DNA of 64,000 nt from Octopus bimaculoides (GCF_001194135.2 NC_068981.1:128695573-128759572), one strand, 5' to 3'; shown: positions 26,878-41,314, counted from the first letter of the stretch. Made by a program: numbers and translations. The notes: generated by a model from the sequence alone, not told the origin.

Positions 26878-27785
26878 TAAGGTCCGCTTTCCATGCTAGC
26901 ATGGGTTGGACTATACAGTAACATATTTTGTTTTATAATAGAAATTATTTTCTAGGCATGTAAATTGATAAGAAAGGCAGATGCAAAGTCAGCTGCAGTG
27001 ATGTTTAGGTAATGAACTATGAAACAAATATAATAGTCAGGTGACTTATACTTTATTACTGTAGGAAGTAAGTAAAAGTAGAGAAATCGTTTGATAAGCC
27101 CCTAATTTACACATGCTTGTATGCACACACAGGTGCTTGTATCCATAAATGCATATATATGTATGCATACCTGCATGCCTATTTGTGTGTGTCTATGTAA
27201 TATGTTTATAATATGCATGCATGTAAACATATGTACACACTTGCAAACATGCATACACAAATGTTTACATACAATTTCAAGTTGTTTACAATGACAATTT
27301 TTTTTTAATGTTTGGTCTGAGATTGTTTTAGTTTATCTTCTTGGATAATGCAATTTGATGGCTACAGGGAAATATGAGCAAGGAAGGGCAGTCATGGCTA
27401 TATGGAAAGTAGTTTGCTTCTTATCAACATAGTTTCACATTTAGTCCCACTATGTGGTACCTTGGGCAAGTGTCTTCTATAGCCCCAGGCAACCAAAACT
27501 TTGTGAATGGATTTGGTTGACAGAAACTGAAAGAAGTCTGTTTTACATGTATTACTGTCTTCTTGCCTTTACATCACATAATAGTTGTGAGTATCACCGT
27601 CCTTTGTTTCCTATCATCTGAGACATATGTAGTCATGGGGAAATATTACCTTACTTGGAAACAGATGAGGGTTGGCAACAAGAAGAGCAGCTGGCCTTAA
27701 AAAATTTACCTCAACAAATTCCAACTGACCCATGCAGGCCTGCAAAAGTGGATGTTAAATGATCATGATGTCTTTTTGAGAAGGT

Positions 27786-28175
27786 GGAGGCGCAATGGCC
27801 CAGTGGTTAGGGCAGCGGACTTGCAGTCATAGGATCGCGGTTTTGATTCCCAGACCGGGTGTTGTGAGTGTTTATTGAACGAAAACACCTAAAACTCCAT
27901 GAGGCTCCGGCAGGGGATGGTGGCGAACCCTGCTGTACTCTTTCACCACAACTTTCTCTCACTCTTACTTCCTGTTTCTGTTGTGCCTGTAATTCAAAGG
28001 GCCAGCCTTGTCACACTGTGTCACGCTGAATATGCTCCGAGAACTATGTTAAGGGTACACGTGTCTGTGGAGTGCTCAGCCACTTGCACGTTAATTTCAC
28101 GAGCAGGCTGTTCTGTTGATCAGATCGACTGGAACCCTCGACGCCATAAGCGACGGAGTGCCAACAACAACTTTC
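27786..28175 (+). mobile_element. tRNA-derived SINE family D, near full length
   Basis: A-box TGGCCCAGTGG, B-box-like TTTTGATTCCC, 3' (CAA)n tail; similar to the reverse complement of 59807-60160. Confidence 0.88.
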
Positions 28176-28552
28176 TTAGAAGGAAAGATAAGGCAGAGTA
28201 GTTAGTGCATGGATGAGACAAGCACAATACATGGATTAAGAGAAGGAGATGAGTGAGTGAGAAGGGTCTTGATTGGAGGTAGCACAAGATCAGCCAGATC
28301 TAGGGAGTGGAGGTTATTCTAGTTGCAGAAAAAAGAACAAAGAGAGGAGACAGCTTGTTAATGTTTCAAAAATTTCATACTAATTTGTCAGGTGGCCTTT
28401 TTATAGAGTGCAATCAAGGGTTAACGAAGTAAATGCTTGTAATGTACCTAACTTTCAGGCTATTCAATGCTACAAAGAACTATTTCTCATTGATTGCTTG
28501 ATTTTATCAACTATTACTGATCTATCTCCATCTATCAATCTTGTTTTCTTAG

Positions 28553-28653
28553 GTTCAGACATTGCCCTCAATCTACAGAAAATGATGAAGCAAAAGGAAA
28601 ATGCAGTGTCCTCCCTGACTGCTGGTATTGCACATTTATTCAAACAAAACAAG
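28553..28653 (+). CDS. DLD: DLD exon 5
   Basis: ttcttag| ... AAG|gtcag; 101 nt; [33 protein letters not shown]. Confidence 0.97.
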
Positions 28654-30941
28654 GTCAGTCAGTCATTACAAATTATAATTGTAATTATCAATTGGATAAC
28701 ACTGTGTAGCAAAATTTTATCTTATTTATTTATTTATCTTTTTTGTCTATGGCTAGTAAGTGTTATTTCCTATTTGCTTTTATCTAGAAATCAGAGGAAA
28801 TGACTATTATTCCCTTTAAACTTGACTTTTGTATCCTAGACATCAACATTTTAAAACAGCTATTTTCCATTACATTTCAGACAGATTCAGCACTGAGTTG
28901 TTGAAGTAGAAATATTGTTATAGCAAATATTCTGCTCAGTACCACAGATTTGCTTCTCAGTTGCTTGTTCTTAACCACTGGAGTATGTCCCTTAGTGGCT
29001 GACAATATGTGCATCTCTGATCATGAGCAATGGGGGAGCATCATAGCCATGTGTTGAGAGGGATTCTTTGGGATTTGAATAAATGTAAAAGTAAAGTTTG
29101 AAGGAAACGTTAGCCATTTTTCATACTCTGTAGGGATAAGCAAATACAAAATAATAGTTGCCTCCCAAGGATAAAAATCGTGTTACACAGTATAATTATA
29201 ATGGTCAACTGGCTGAATTTTATTTTTTATTTATTTAAAATCACTATTATTTTATTAATTATATACATCTACCTCAAATTTATTTCTGAAACATGCCATG
29301 CTTTTTGAACACATTAATTAAGAATCTGAAATAGATTGTGAACTCAGTCTGCTGTGAGCTTACAACCATTTCACAGAATTTGGTACAGAATCACAGGAAC
29401 CTGTATGCAGGTGTCATAACACTTCTTTTTGTTTTTAGCTCTACTTTTAATTCTGCTTTATACTTATTGCTAATATGTTTTCAAACAAGACAATGACTTT
29501 GAAAATATCTCAGTGGAGGATATGGCAGTCTGGTGGTGATGAATAATACTAAACTGTAATAGTTACTTATTCCACAATGCATAAAGTATCACCCTATGAT
29601 ATGTGGTGGACCTCACCAGCTCCAGTTCTCTCTTGCACAGACCCCATATTCTTGACAAAAATAACTGGCTTTCTCTTTAGAGCCAAGGAATGCTTAAAAT
29701 CTTCTGTTAAGTATTCTTTTCAAACCTAAACATGCCTTGTGATGGAGAACATTTTCTAAAATAGTACATCACCGTCAATTAATGGTGTCTAAGCGTGATT
29801 CAAAAGGAAACTTTTCCTTAGTAAAATCTTATGATTGCTGTGAATGTTGTTGCTTACTTAATGCAAGAGAGAATACAGTATGATGCTGTAACGTTAATTT
29901 CAAATTTTGTGGGTGGAGTAAGTCAATTACATCAACTCCAGTGCTCAACTGTTACTCATTGACTCCAAAAGGATGAAAGATCAAGTTGACCTCAGCAGAA
30001 TTTATACTCAGAACATAAAGACAAACAAAATGGCACTCAGGAGTTTGCCTGGCATGTTAATGAGTCTGCCAACTTGCTACTGTATGGTGCTGTAATGTTG
30101 AGAGCAAATCTTCCTTTCATATGAAAGTGCAAAAAGAATCTATTACATTAAAGTGTAGATTCCTGTGGTATAAATTTGTCATGTTGTGGAAAGAGGATGG
30201 TAAAAGTGAGTGTGCAGTAGAGAAAGAGAGATTCACATGAAATGCTACTAATATATGCACATATACATACACTCACACACATGTGAGTGCTTTTGGTGTA
30301 CACACACGGCAATTAATTGCATGTGTGTGAAGAGTGTATATGTTTACACTCTTGTATGTGTGAGAACTAAAAGAGGACAATTATGAAAAATATTATCTTC
30401 AAGTACAAATGAGTAAAATCTTTCATTGCAGTAGTTTTGATCATTTGTTTAATTCAACTTTTGTTGCATTGTAAATATATAATTAGGTACTGTATATATT
30501 ATTTGTATGTATGTGTTTGTGTGTAAAAAGTACCCAGCACTCTTTGTTAAGTGGTTGACGTTAGGAAGGGCATTCAGCCATAGAAACCATGCCACAACAA
30601 ACAGTTGGAGTCTGGACAGCACCTGTCAAACCATCCAACCCATGTCAGCATGGAAAATGGACATTAACTGATGATGTGTGGTGTATGTGTGTGTGCGCGT
30701 GCGTGCATGCATAAAGCACTTAAAATGCCTTATTGATCTTTAATACTTGATAGTTGTTTCTAATTGAACTATGGAATATTCACGGAGTCAGTTAATAAAT
30801 AAATAACATAATGTAGAAAATGAGAATGTTTTGTAATCTAGATATGTATTTGTTAACTTCATGTGAGTTGTTGATTGCCTTCTTTCTTATTTATTGATTC
30901 TCTTTCATCTTAACATAAATATCTGAACACTCTGTTATTAG

Positions 30942-31085
30942 GTGACTCGTGTTACGGGACATGGTACCATTACAGGAGTCAACGAAGTCACTGTACTGAA
31001 AGATGATGGGTCACAAGAAAAGATCTCTGCCAAAAACATACTCATAGCCACTGGGTCAGAAGTCACTCCATTTCCGGGTATACCG
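30942..31085 (+). CDS. DLD: DLD exon 6
   Basis: ttattag|GTG ... CCG|gtaaa; 144 nt; includes [16 protein letters not shown]. Confidence 0.97.
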
Positions 31086-31472
31086 GTAAATTATTTTCTG
31101 CTTGTGTTTAGTGTGTATATGTGTTCATTCGTGTTTAATTGATAGTCTTACAATTGGTACAAATGGAAGAAGCATAGCTAGACACTTCACTCATACTTCT
31201 GAGTTCAGATCTCTCCAGAACTGATTTTGCTAATTAATGTCATCAGACCGGATATTGATAAGCTTCAGGTGAGTTGAATACCTTGCTCAAAGAAATGGCA
31301 ACAGTGAAAAAAAATATATAGTCAGAGCTGTGGGTAAAGTGTCTTAATTTATCCACTAAGTTATTATCTTAGAGCCAATTGTTAATAATAGCTTTTGAAG
31401 TTGCAAATATGTTGGAAGTTTTTTGAGCCAAGAAATATGTTTCAAGTGTAAGCAGCTTTTTATACTCTACAA

Positions 31473-31739
31473 CAGTGGTTCTCAACCAGTTTTTATCTAT
31501 GAACCCCTTGGATTATTATTTTATTCAGGTGGACCCCAGAGCCATTTGATATTTCTCTCAAAATTCTTATTTTGTTTGTCACACATTCATTTGTGTAGGT
31601 AGAACTATGTAAAACATGAGAGAAAGAAATCTTGCTGTTTCTTGCAACTAATACATCCAAAGCAAAGTTTTTTCATGAACCCTTAATATACTACCGTGGA
31701 ACCCCAAAATCTTATATGGATCCTGATTGAGAACCACTG
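31473..31739. mobile_element. hAT (Charlie-like) MITE
   Basis: TIRs CAGTGGTTCTCAA / TTGAGAACCACTG with a perfect 8-bp TSD CTCTACAA (31465-31472, 31740-31747). Confidence 0.9.
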
Positions 31740-32735
31740 CTCTACAAGATTCAAATACCAAGTACTCTTATATTTGAGGCAATACAGCATATTCAGTAAC
31801 ACATTACTATGTGGTTATGGAGTTCACTTAACCATCACATAGTTCTAAGTTTGATTTCATTGTTTGATACTATGAACAAGTGTCTTCTACCATAGCCATG
31901 GACCAACTCATGTCTTTCAAATGAAATTGAGCAGACAAAACTGGAAGCCTGTCTAATCAACTACATTTGTTCTTTAATTGTAAATTTAATGTCACCCCAT
32001 TTTAACCCACTGCCTGTCCCTTGGTTGATTGCTTTTAATGAAGTCCCATCATAAGCATTCAGACCAAGTTTCCAGTAGGTCCTGCAAAAATATTTTTGTC
32101 TCTTCCCATCCTCCTCTAAGCTAATAAAAAACAAAGGCTCTATCTAGAAGAAAGCTAATTTTCTAATCCCTGAAATCTTCTATCAAAAGTATTATTCTCT
32201 AGTCTATTATGTTATTCTTACTTCTCCATCTCTGCTACTCTTACTTCACTGCAATCTTCAATATGGAACTAACTGCCAACCTTCTCATTGTATTCATTTC
32301 TTACAACCTACACTGAGTTTTCTCTTCCTAACAGCAAGTATTACTACAGGCCTTTCTTTCTCATTAGTAACTTGTCTCCTTTTTATAGAGCTAAAAGAAT
32401 GTTATTCCTAAGTTTTTCTATTACTATAAGATCACATTTGTCGCATTGAAGACATTGATAGGATTCTGTGCAATACATTCAACATGCTTTATGGCTGTCT
32501 CAGTATAATGTTGGCCAAGATTAAATTTCATTGTTTGATCATCTCTTTTTTTATGAACATTCTGTCCTAAGATTTACGACTCAGACAGGTGATCCTGAAA
32601 ATTTGATGGTTTCAACCTTAGTCCTTCTTCAATGAAATATTCAATACAGAATTAAATGATTGCACCTTGCCTCTATTCAGACCTGTATATTGCACCCATT
32701 TTATGCTAACATTTTCTTTTTATATTTTTTTAAAG

Positions 32736-32837
32736 GTGAATGAAAAAAATATAGTGTCTTCAACAGGAGCTTTGTGTTTACAAGAAGTTCCTAAAGAGCT
32801 GATAATCATTGGTGCTGGTGTCATTGGTGTAGAATTG
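32736..32837 (+). CDS. DLD: DLD exon 7 (NAD-binding [11 protein letters not shown])
   Basis: tttaaag|GTG ... TTG|gtaag; 102 nt. Confidence 0.97.
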
Positions 32838-34348
32838 GTAAGAGAATGATTTTATTTTCTTTAATATGTAAACATTTCTTTTCATTTTAATACATAATGT
32901 GAAGAAATGGCAAAAGTTAGTGGTTGTCTGTTACTGCTGATTCAAGTCTGTTTATCAGTACAGGTGCTGGAAAATACCATGTAATTAAATCTCATGTGAA
33001 TATATAAATGTGTGTGTGCATGCTTTGATTAACTGACACTTGCAACTCTGATAGAATTGTGCAATTTTAATGGCTTATAACAACTATGTTATTAAGAAGT
33101 TTGCTTTACAACCACATGGTTTTGGATTCAGTCTTCCTGCACAGAACCTGGAGCAAGTATCTGCTATTATAGCCTTCACTTCACCAATACCTTGTGAGTG
33201 AAATTTGGTAGACACTTTCTGTATCTATGTGGAGTGAGAGGTGGAATATATGTATTTATGTTTACAGTGGTTTAAAATCCAGTAACATATTGCATTCTTT
33301 TATGTCCTGAAACTAAGCAATTCAGCAAATAAAGAATGATAAACTAAGTACCAAAGAAATAAAGAGTAGAACAATATGACTAAATCCTTGAAAGCAGCAC
33401 CCCCAACACAGCTGCTGTCTAGTGACTGAAACCAGTAAAAGAATAACTATTTTAAATATAAATCTTGATGCCAGTACCTTTATCCTTTTCATAGTCCACA
33501 GATACTGACTGACTGCTACATAAAACTATTTTAACTAAATGCAATGTCATCATGATGCCATGCCATTGTATAGATGCTGTTAGACATTTCCTGTCACTAT
33601 AACCTTCGCTAAAGCTTACGATAAATGTACCTGCAATCACACTTGACGTTAGATTTGCCAACAGTTACTTTCAATACTGAGAATTGAGGAAACTACTTGA
33701 ATGTCACTGTTCAACAAATAAGAATTATGTGTTAGATCATGTTTCTTTCATTAACTTACAGAGAAATTTGAAAATAAAGAACTAAAAACATTTTGTAAAT
33801 CTTCCTTAATATAAAGCATAAAAGAAAAAAGCAAATAGTTTGTACTTCCTGTTTGTATTATTGCTGTTGTGGGTATATGTGTCTATATCTCTTGTATATC
33901 ACTCATGATATTTTTTTATCTGCTTCAAATACTGTATATCACATCAGTAATATACATAGCTTTTATTATAATGATTGCAGGGTTCAGTATACTTTATATA
34001 TACATATATATATTTTTGATAATCAAGAAAAAATTCTTTAGGAGAGTATTTTGCAAGCTAATTATATGAGACTGATCGTTTCTCCTTCTTACCAGTTAAG
34101 GTGGATATGTTTCAGTGATGAAACATATTTTCACCAGTTTGCTTTTAAAAACAGCTACTCTTAACTGCATTGGCTTTATTTTCTAAAAAAAAATGAATCA
34201 GTTGATGTTACTAGTTTTCTTCCTTGCTTGCATTTTTAGATGTTAAACATCCCAAAGTGTTAATTGCCAGAATAATTGTTGTTAAATTATTCTCAGCTCA
34301 CTGTTACATACATGTGTCTATACTGTATTTCCTTGATAATGATTGCAG

Positions 34349-34573
34349 GGATCTGTGTGGTCAAGGCTTGGAGCTAAAGTCACACTAGTAGAATTCATGG
34401 GTCATATAGGAGGTCTTGGAATAGATATGGAAATCTCTAAAAACATGCAAAGAATTCTTCAGAAGCAAGGTTTGAAGTTCCGTTTAGGTACCAAGGTGAT
34501 GGATGCTTCAGAAGGAAGTGATGGCAAGATTTCAGTATCACTAGAAGCAGCTAAAGATGGAAAAACTGACCAG
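34349..34573 (+). CDS. DLD: DLD exon 8
   Basis: gattgcag|GGA ... CAG|gtaac; 225 nt; [31 protein letters not shown]...KTDQ. Confidence 0.97.
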
Positions 34574-35650
34574 GTAACCCTTTTTTTATTCTCCTCCTTC
34601 TTCTTTAGCCTCAAGTTAGGCATGAACTTGCAGATTTATAATCAAAAGTATTCCAGTGATAAACTTCCCGGCCCATCTTTTGTCATGAAACTAAGCACAC
34701 TTCATCTTTCTTCTATCATATCTAATTGACACTCATTATCTGTCTTCTAATATATGCAGTGTGCAATCTTTTTAATCATGTAGGATCTGAAACATTTTCG
34801 TCCCACATGTCTCCTTAATATACTTATTAATTTCCAACCCTTCAAACATTAGTTAAATAATAGTCCCTAGACCTAGTGAAAGATGCCAGTAATAAGTATG
34901 TACTAATCTTATTCATCCACTTGATATGATTTTGAACTTTCTTTTCTTTTTAATACATAATGAGAGGAAATGGCAGAAGTTGGGTGGTTAAGTTGTCTGT
35001 TACTGCTGAAGTTCAACCTGAACTGAAGCCATAGAGCTATATTCCCAAACAAAACAGTTGTCTCCACCTGCCTCAGTGTATCTAGCTACATAATAGCTGC
35101 CATTTTTAATCATTACTCATGAAAATGTAAAACTGTATCCTTATACTTTGAGATAAGTTATTATGAGAATATTTATGTTATTCAAGAATTTAGTTGCTAA
35201 GTAGCTTAAATCATCCACATGTCAAGCAGATTTGTAGCATAGAGATAACTGAATATTTAGTTCTTAACCTGTAAATCAACCACACTAAATGGAGGTCATG
35301 CTCAAGAATAATCTTCATTGAGTATTCAGTTGTGTAATGTACAATATAACAGATTAAGTTTGTTGTTCACTGCTTTTTTTTTTTTTTAACTGCAGTTTTT
35401 AGTCTCATGGCAATCATGTTTGTGTGCTTGTGTGAAATATGAATGGTCAGATATTTAAAAAGTATTAAAATATAAAAATAACAAAAAATAAAATTACACA
35501 TTCACTATTATTAACAATAAACCATTAAAAAAAAAAGTACAGTTACACCTTATGCTAAAAAGTCTTAAAATATTTCAAACCAGAGCTATAGTGATAAATT
35601 TTGAAAAATTTACCATTATAAGGCTTAACATATCCAATATTTCATTTCAG

Positions 35651-35787
35651 ATGTCTTGTGATGTTCTTTTGGTCTGTGTTGGACGACGGCCTTATACCGA
35701 GAAGCTGGGCATAGAAAATTTTGGCATTCAGTTAGATAACCGAGGACGAATTCCCATTAACAGCAGATTCCAAACATCAGTTCCTAA
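35651..35787 (+). CDS. DLD: DLD exon 9
   Basis: tttcag|ATG ... CCT AA|gtac; 137 nt; [14 protein letters not shown]...RFQTSVP. Confidence 0.96.
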
Positions 35788-35869
35788 GTACTTTTTTACT
35801 CTCTCTCTCTCTCATCACTGTATCAACCAGACTATCAAATATTATACACTGCTGGTCACAATGCACTTC

Positions 35870-36400
35870 CAAGTCTTTCTTAATTGCACTTGTCTTTTCT
35901 ACCTTGGCCCAAATTATTTTACTAAATTGTTTTCCTGTCATCATGGATGCCTTCCAAGTCGCCTTTTCCAATCTCTTGGATACCACTCAGCAGATAACAG
36001 TCCACCTGTTGTCTGTGAATTTTGCAACTTGTGCTTCAATATTCTGTGATCATATCATTCACTCTGCTCCATTCTCAAATTACCTCATTTCAAAGATACT
36101 CTTGCAATGATATTCCTAGCATGGATCTTTCCATGGCCCTCTGCATCGTAGCCGATTGATGTTCTTCTGTCTTCAAGTATTTTATTTTCATGCATTTCAT
36201 TTTAAGGCCTACTGCTGATCTGTGGTTTTGGCAATGACTATGATGTCATCTGCAAAATAGTTGTATTAGTAGCTCAACATTGATGTTTCTATCTCTTGTT
36301 CGGTCAGTGTCTTTAATGAACATTTACAGACACACAGTAAAGAGCTTTGGAAAGATGGTGTTTCATTCTTTGACACCCTTGTGAATTGGAACTCAGCAGA
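35870..36400 (-). mobile_element. Decayed LINE RT remnant in DLD intron 9
   Basis: Minus strand contains an xFADDI motif near 36240-36262; surrounding frames are broken. Confidence 0.45.
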
Positions 36401-36570
36401 GATATATCAGTGGATAACAACAGACAAACATTATCAGTAGTGCATCCAAAGTTCACATTCCTGAGCTGTTTGGTGTATTGCTCCTAGACTCTTTGCATTG
36501 TCATTATGTAATTTAAAGAAAGTAACCTCTTTTTAATTTTAAATTTAAAATCCCTCTTATTTCTATTTAG

Positions 36571-36632
36571 CATATATGCTATTGGAGATGTTGTCCAGGG
36601 CCCTATGTTAGCTCATAAAGCAGAAGATGAAG
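36571..36632 (+). CDS. DLD: DLD exon 10 (IYAIGDVVQGPMLAHKAEDEG)
   Basis: tatttag| ... G|gtaag; 62 nt; not in the ORF track but is the classic E3 GD...MLAHKA motif. Confidence 0.97.
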
Positions 36633-37292
36633 GTAAGCTGTTGAGTCATCATTATTTATCTGCACTTAATACATTTTTCAAACTATTGTTTTTTGTCATT
36701 AATACTCACAGGGTCTTGGAATCTGTCTCACTGGTTATATTTCTTGTATCTCCTCCCTTCCAGACTAAGGTAGACTTAAAATAATTATGGAAACTTACCC
36801 ACTCATCTAATCAACTAATGTTCCATCTATGACTGCCAGAAAGAGATATTTTGATCTTAGCGAGTTATGGAGAGGTTATCTTCATGATTAGAAAACAAAT
36901 GGTCACTCAAATTGTGATCAATATGAAGATGGAAATGTTCAGGTGTAAGGGACAGCTTAGTAATGTAGCAATCTTGCAGTGAGTAGTTATGATGTTCATT
37001 TGGGCTTAGGAAGAGAGAAAGTTGATAAGTTCATTCAGCTTCTCCTGGTGTATTAGTAGTAGCAGTATCAGTGTTAGCAAAGGCTGAGTGTAGGCACAGT
37101 ATGATTACTTCATCGCGTAGGTGATTTTTCTAAAATAATAGTACAAGCTTCTAATTCTGAAACAATGAAATCAATGGCTCATAGTTAAGTTTTGACATAC
37201 AGCAAAATAAAGTTATTAATCCTTACATTTAATATTTGATTTAACCCTCTAATAATGTACTTAACAGTAAAAAGATAACTCTTCGTTTACAG

Positions 37293-37420
37293 GTGTAGTC
37301 TGTGTTGAAGGTATTGCTGGTGGAGCTGTTCATATTGACTACAACTGTGTGCCCTCTGTTGTATACACTCACCCAGAGGTAGCTTGGATTGGCAAAACAG
37401 AAGAGCAACTGAAAGAAGAA
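37293..37420 (+). CDS. DLD: DLD exon 11
   Basis: tttacag| ... GAA|gtaag; 128 nt; [42 protein letters not shown]. Confidence 0.97.
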
Positions 37421-37835
37421 GTAAGGCATAATTTGTATTCCCTGTAATTAGTCTCTTTCTAATTTATTTGAACTCCACAATAGAAGGGTGAAAGATAGTT
37501 TGAACTAGGTGTATATTTTTAATACATCATTTGACTCTCACCACTTCATTGAAATATAAACACAGGAAAGTAGATGCTGTAAATATCTAGACTGATTTTA
37601 TAAGTTTTCCTCAAAAGGAAGACAATGTATGTTATTCTAATGAATAAAAAAGATATCAAATGTTCTGTGGTTCCAGAATTCCCAATCAAACACTTGGTAC
37701 TGTCCTGTAAAATTAATTCTACCAGTCAGCTCGTGTGTGTGTGTATGCATGCACACATGTATAACAAAAAATGTGAAGTGTTTTCTTTTTATATTCTGAA
37801 TGTATTTTTTATAATGCTTATTAGTATGATTATAG

Positions 37836-38021
<186 letters not shown>

Positions 38022-39772
38022 TGAACAGTTAATAATGTTATTGATTATAATGATGTTGTCTTGTTGAGATTGTTGTTTAGTTCCAGGTTAGCCCGAAGTG
38101 AACAGATCGATGATCAGATATATTCCACTTGTGATCAACCATCTCATTTTCCCCAAAACTTTAGTTGAGTTGACGAAATAAAAATAATAATTCAATTAGA
38201 ACTCAAAAAGGAAATATTGATTTTGGTGGCTCAGTTACAAAATTTAGAGTTAATACCACTACAGAAGACTTGAACTTGAAATTTGAATTGAGAATGGCAA
38301 TACAAATGAGAATAGTGTGACTTAGATTAAAGGTATAAAATAATAAAAATAAACTAAATTTTAGTAAGTCCCAAACAAAAATAGTTTCAAGGAAACCATA
38401 TAGGTTCATGTTAAACAGATTTGGATCCCTTCAAGTCAGTGTGGTTTCAAAATGAGCAAACCTTATGCCTTGTAGACAAAGAATTTAAGTATTTGTCCCC
38501 AGTATAATTAATATCATCAAAGCGTAAATAGTAACATGAAAGTAATCTCGTACAACTGTAGAGAGTTTGGATTAATTTCAGAGCTAAACCTTCCATTCAT
38601 AATATTTTTTTTCTATATTTCTAAGAGACTTGTTTTATAAATTCATTAACATCAATATGAAAGTTATGAACACTTTAACATTTGATGTAGATAGTTGTGG
38701 AGTTGTGGATACTAACATTTGCAAACAGTTCAACCACTGCATCAAACAGTGTTGATATGATAGAAGTAAATATGAAAAACAAGTCTTCTTCATTGAAGTT
38801 ATTGAAGCTGATAACTTTGAAGTGAGCAGATTGCAGAATGAATTTAGAGAAATGACTATGGGAGTGTCTGTGACAGTAACTGGAAACCTTTGTTGCTGAC
38901 ATCCATGTGAGAAAGGTGAATGATTTAAAAATTCCATAATTACTATCCATTGTTATAATGTAACTTTCGCAAAATATTAATACGAAAAAGTAATTTATAA
39001 CCTTCAGAGAATTACTTTTTATATGAATGGTCCAAAGACAATGATTTGGTACCTGTATCAGATATCTCTGTTCATTTGCCTTTCAAATGAATTTTACATC
39101 CAAATTTTCTTTTTACACACTGATTGTAGTAAACCAAAATAATACTTAATATTTTCTGTAACTCTGGCATATCTCCAAGCAATTCAAAGCTCAAAAAAGC
39201 ATCCTCTTAACTGAAAATTGTACTTAAAATATTGTTTTTTCTTTTGTTTATAAAATATTTTGCTGATATCTTGGTCTTGCTTGCATTCATGAAAAACTAG
39301 AAAACTGATAGAATAGCCAGGATAAGATTGAATGAGAGTCATTGGATATGTAATGAGAAGTGTCTTTTAGTAAAATGTTGTCTAGAAAATGTGATGAGAG
39401 AGCAAATATTTTATAATATTTTGTATTGTATTTTTTTAACTTGTGAGGAACTGATTTTATTTATTCACTTAACATTTCATCATTTTTAAACACAAAATAG
39501 TTTAATAGTTTTGATTAAAGCACATACCAAACATTAGCCAGACCTCAACACACATATACACATCTTATTCTACGATATATCAATAATTGGTTTTGTCAAA
39601 TAAAATGCATTACAGTATTTACTCATAAACTGTCACACAAAAAATTCAAATACTTACCAAGGTTTCTTTAGCCTTTTATCTTTCTGAGATCAGAACTAAA
39701 CATGTACTGAGGTCAACATTAACCAACTGTGCCTCTTACCAAGACATTTGTAACTTTGTGCCAATATAATGA

Positions 39773-39970
<198 letters not shown>

Positions 39971-40414
39971 TAATCACCGCATACACATGGGTACAACCTT
40001 TTAAGTTGTTATACTATTATGTATAGTTCAGTATTCTTAGATGGAAATGTATTTCACAAACTTTGTAGCATTAGGAAGAGAATTCAGTATTACGTGTATA
40101 AATATTGTTTCGCTCAACTCTATTGCCATGCCAACAACAAAATGTAGATGTAAAAAGATTTTTAAATTATTTGTGATACTTTATATTATATTGCAATAAG
40201 TGTCATGATATAACAGTAAATTCTGAACAGAGTTTTTCTGCATCAATTTTATTTTCAATCCTCTCTACTCTAAACCCTGTTCTTACAACAGGATCTGAAG
40301 CCATACTGATAAACTATTGAATATCATAAGACTTGAAACATTGGTCTTTCTGAATACTGTATTTTCAAGTATACAATTTGAATTTTTCAGGCCAAAATTA
40401 GTAGATTGACTTAA

Positions 40415-40635
40415 CCCATTAGCATTTAAACTGACCATATTTGGCCCAAATATTCTACATGCTTTATATTCAAGCTGGCTAGATTTGGCCTCTCACACCT
40501 ACTCTACAATGTTATTCTAAAAATAACCAGTCACACCATCGAAATCTTAAGGCTACAAGATAATGCATGATTAATTTGAAAACAATGTGAATAAATAAGT
40601 ATTACATTTGACAGAATAATCTGAATGTTAAAGAT
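40415..40635. mobile_element. piggyBac-type MITE (same family as 3081-3300)
   Basis: TTAA|CCCATTAGCATTT start; colinear similarity to 3081-3300. Confidence 0.72.
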
Positions 40636-40929
40636 GACTTCAAGGCCAAAAATTCCATGTGAAGTGCAGCAGAATTTGGAAAGATAATGACAATGATTGA
40701 ATGTTTACTCTATATACTACATTGACTTGTATGTTGGAAAATACAGTATAAGGTGCTGAAATGTTTTCATTTGTTGGACAGATGGTATAGGACAGTCCTA
40801 TATCATCCAAGTAAACATAAAACTGACTTTGCTTAATAGCTATTACTAAACGTCTATGTCCTTAGATTATATATATATATATATAATTCTTCTTTATATT
40901 ATTTGCTTTGTTTGTTTTTTATTTTCCAG

Positions 40930-40995
40930 ACGGTTTCAGAAGCATTCAGAGAGGCTAATTTGGCAGCTTCTGCTGGGAAAGCAATTAACTTCTGA
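40930..40995 (+). CDS. DLD: DLD exon 14 (terminal, TVSEAFREANLAASAGKAINF*)
   Basis: ttccag|ACG ... TGA; 66 nt; completes the His-Glu dyad (HPTVSE). Summed CDS is 1524 nt = 507 aa + stop. Confidence 0.97.
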   Translation, partial: TVSEAFREANLAASAGKAINF

Positions 40996-41314
40996 TGAAA
41001 CACTTCTACTTTGTTTTTTTTTTAATAGTATACAGTAGAAACTATTCAGATGTTGCTCAGTTCCAGATTAAAAAGAATGAGACATTTTAACAACTAATCA
41101 ACCTGATGACTCCACTCTTGCAAAAAAAAAAAAAAAAAAAAAAAAATGAATTTTTACAACTATTTTCATTTCACATGAGTCATTAGAGCCAGGTCCATAT
41201 TTTCCTCTGGAATCCTTAACACCTCTGTATCCATAAAAAGATAATTAATAAAATGTTACCAAGTTATCTTGGTTGTCTAAAGCAATGCAATGTTGAGGCT
41301 ATAATATATTATGT

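Noticed and set aside
27899-28201. 100-aa ORF and the related ORFs at 59638-59957
   Set aside because: They lie within SINE family D copies.
41122-41146. Poly(A) run after the DLD stop suggesting a retrocopy
   Set aside because: The gene has 13 introns and an intact frame; this is a genomic A-tract in the 3' UTR.
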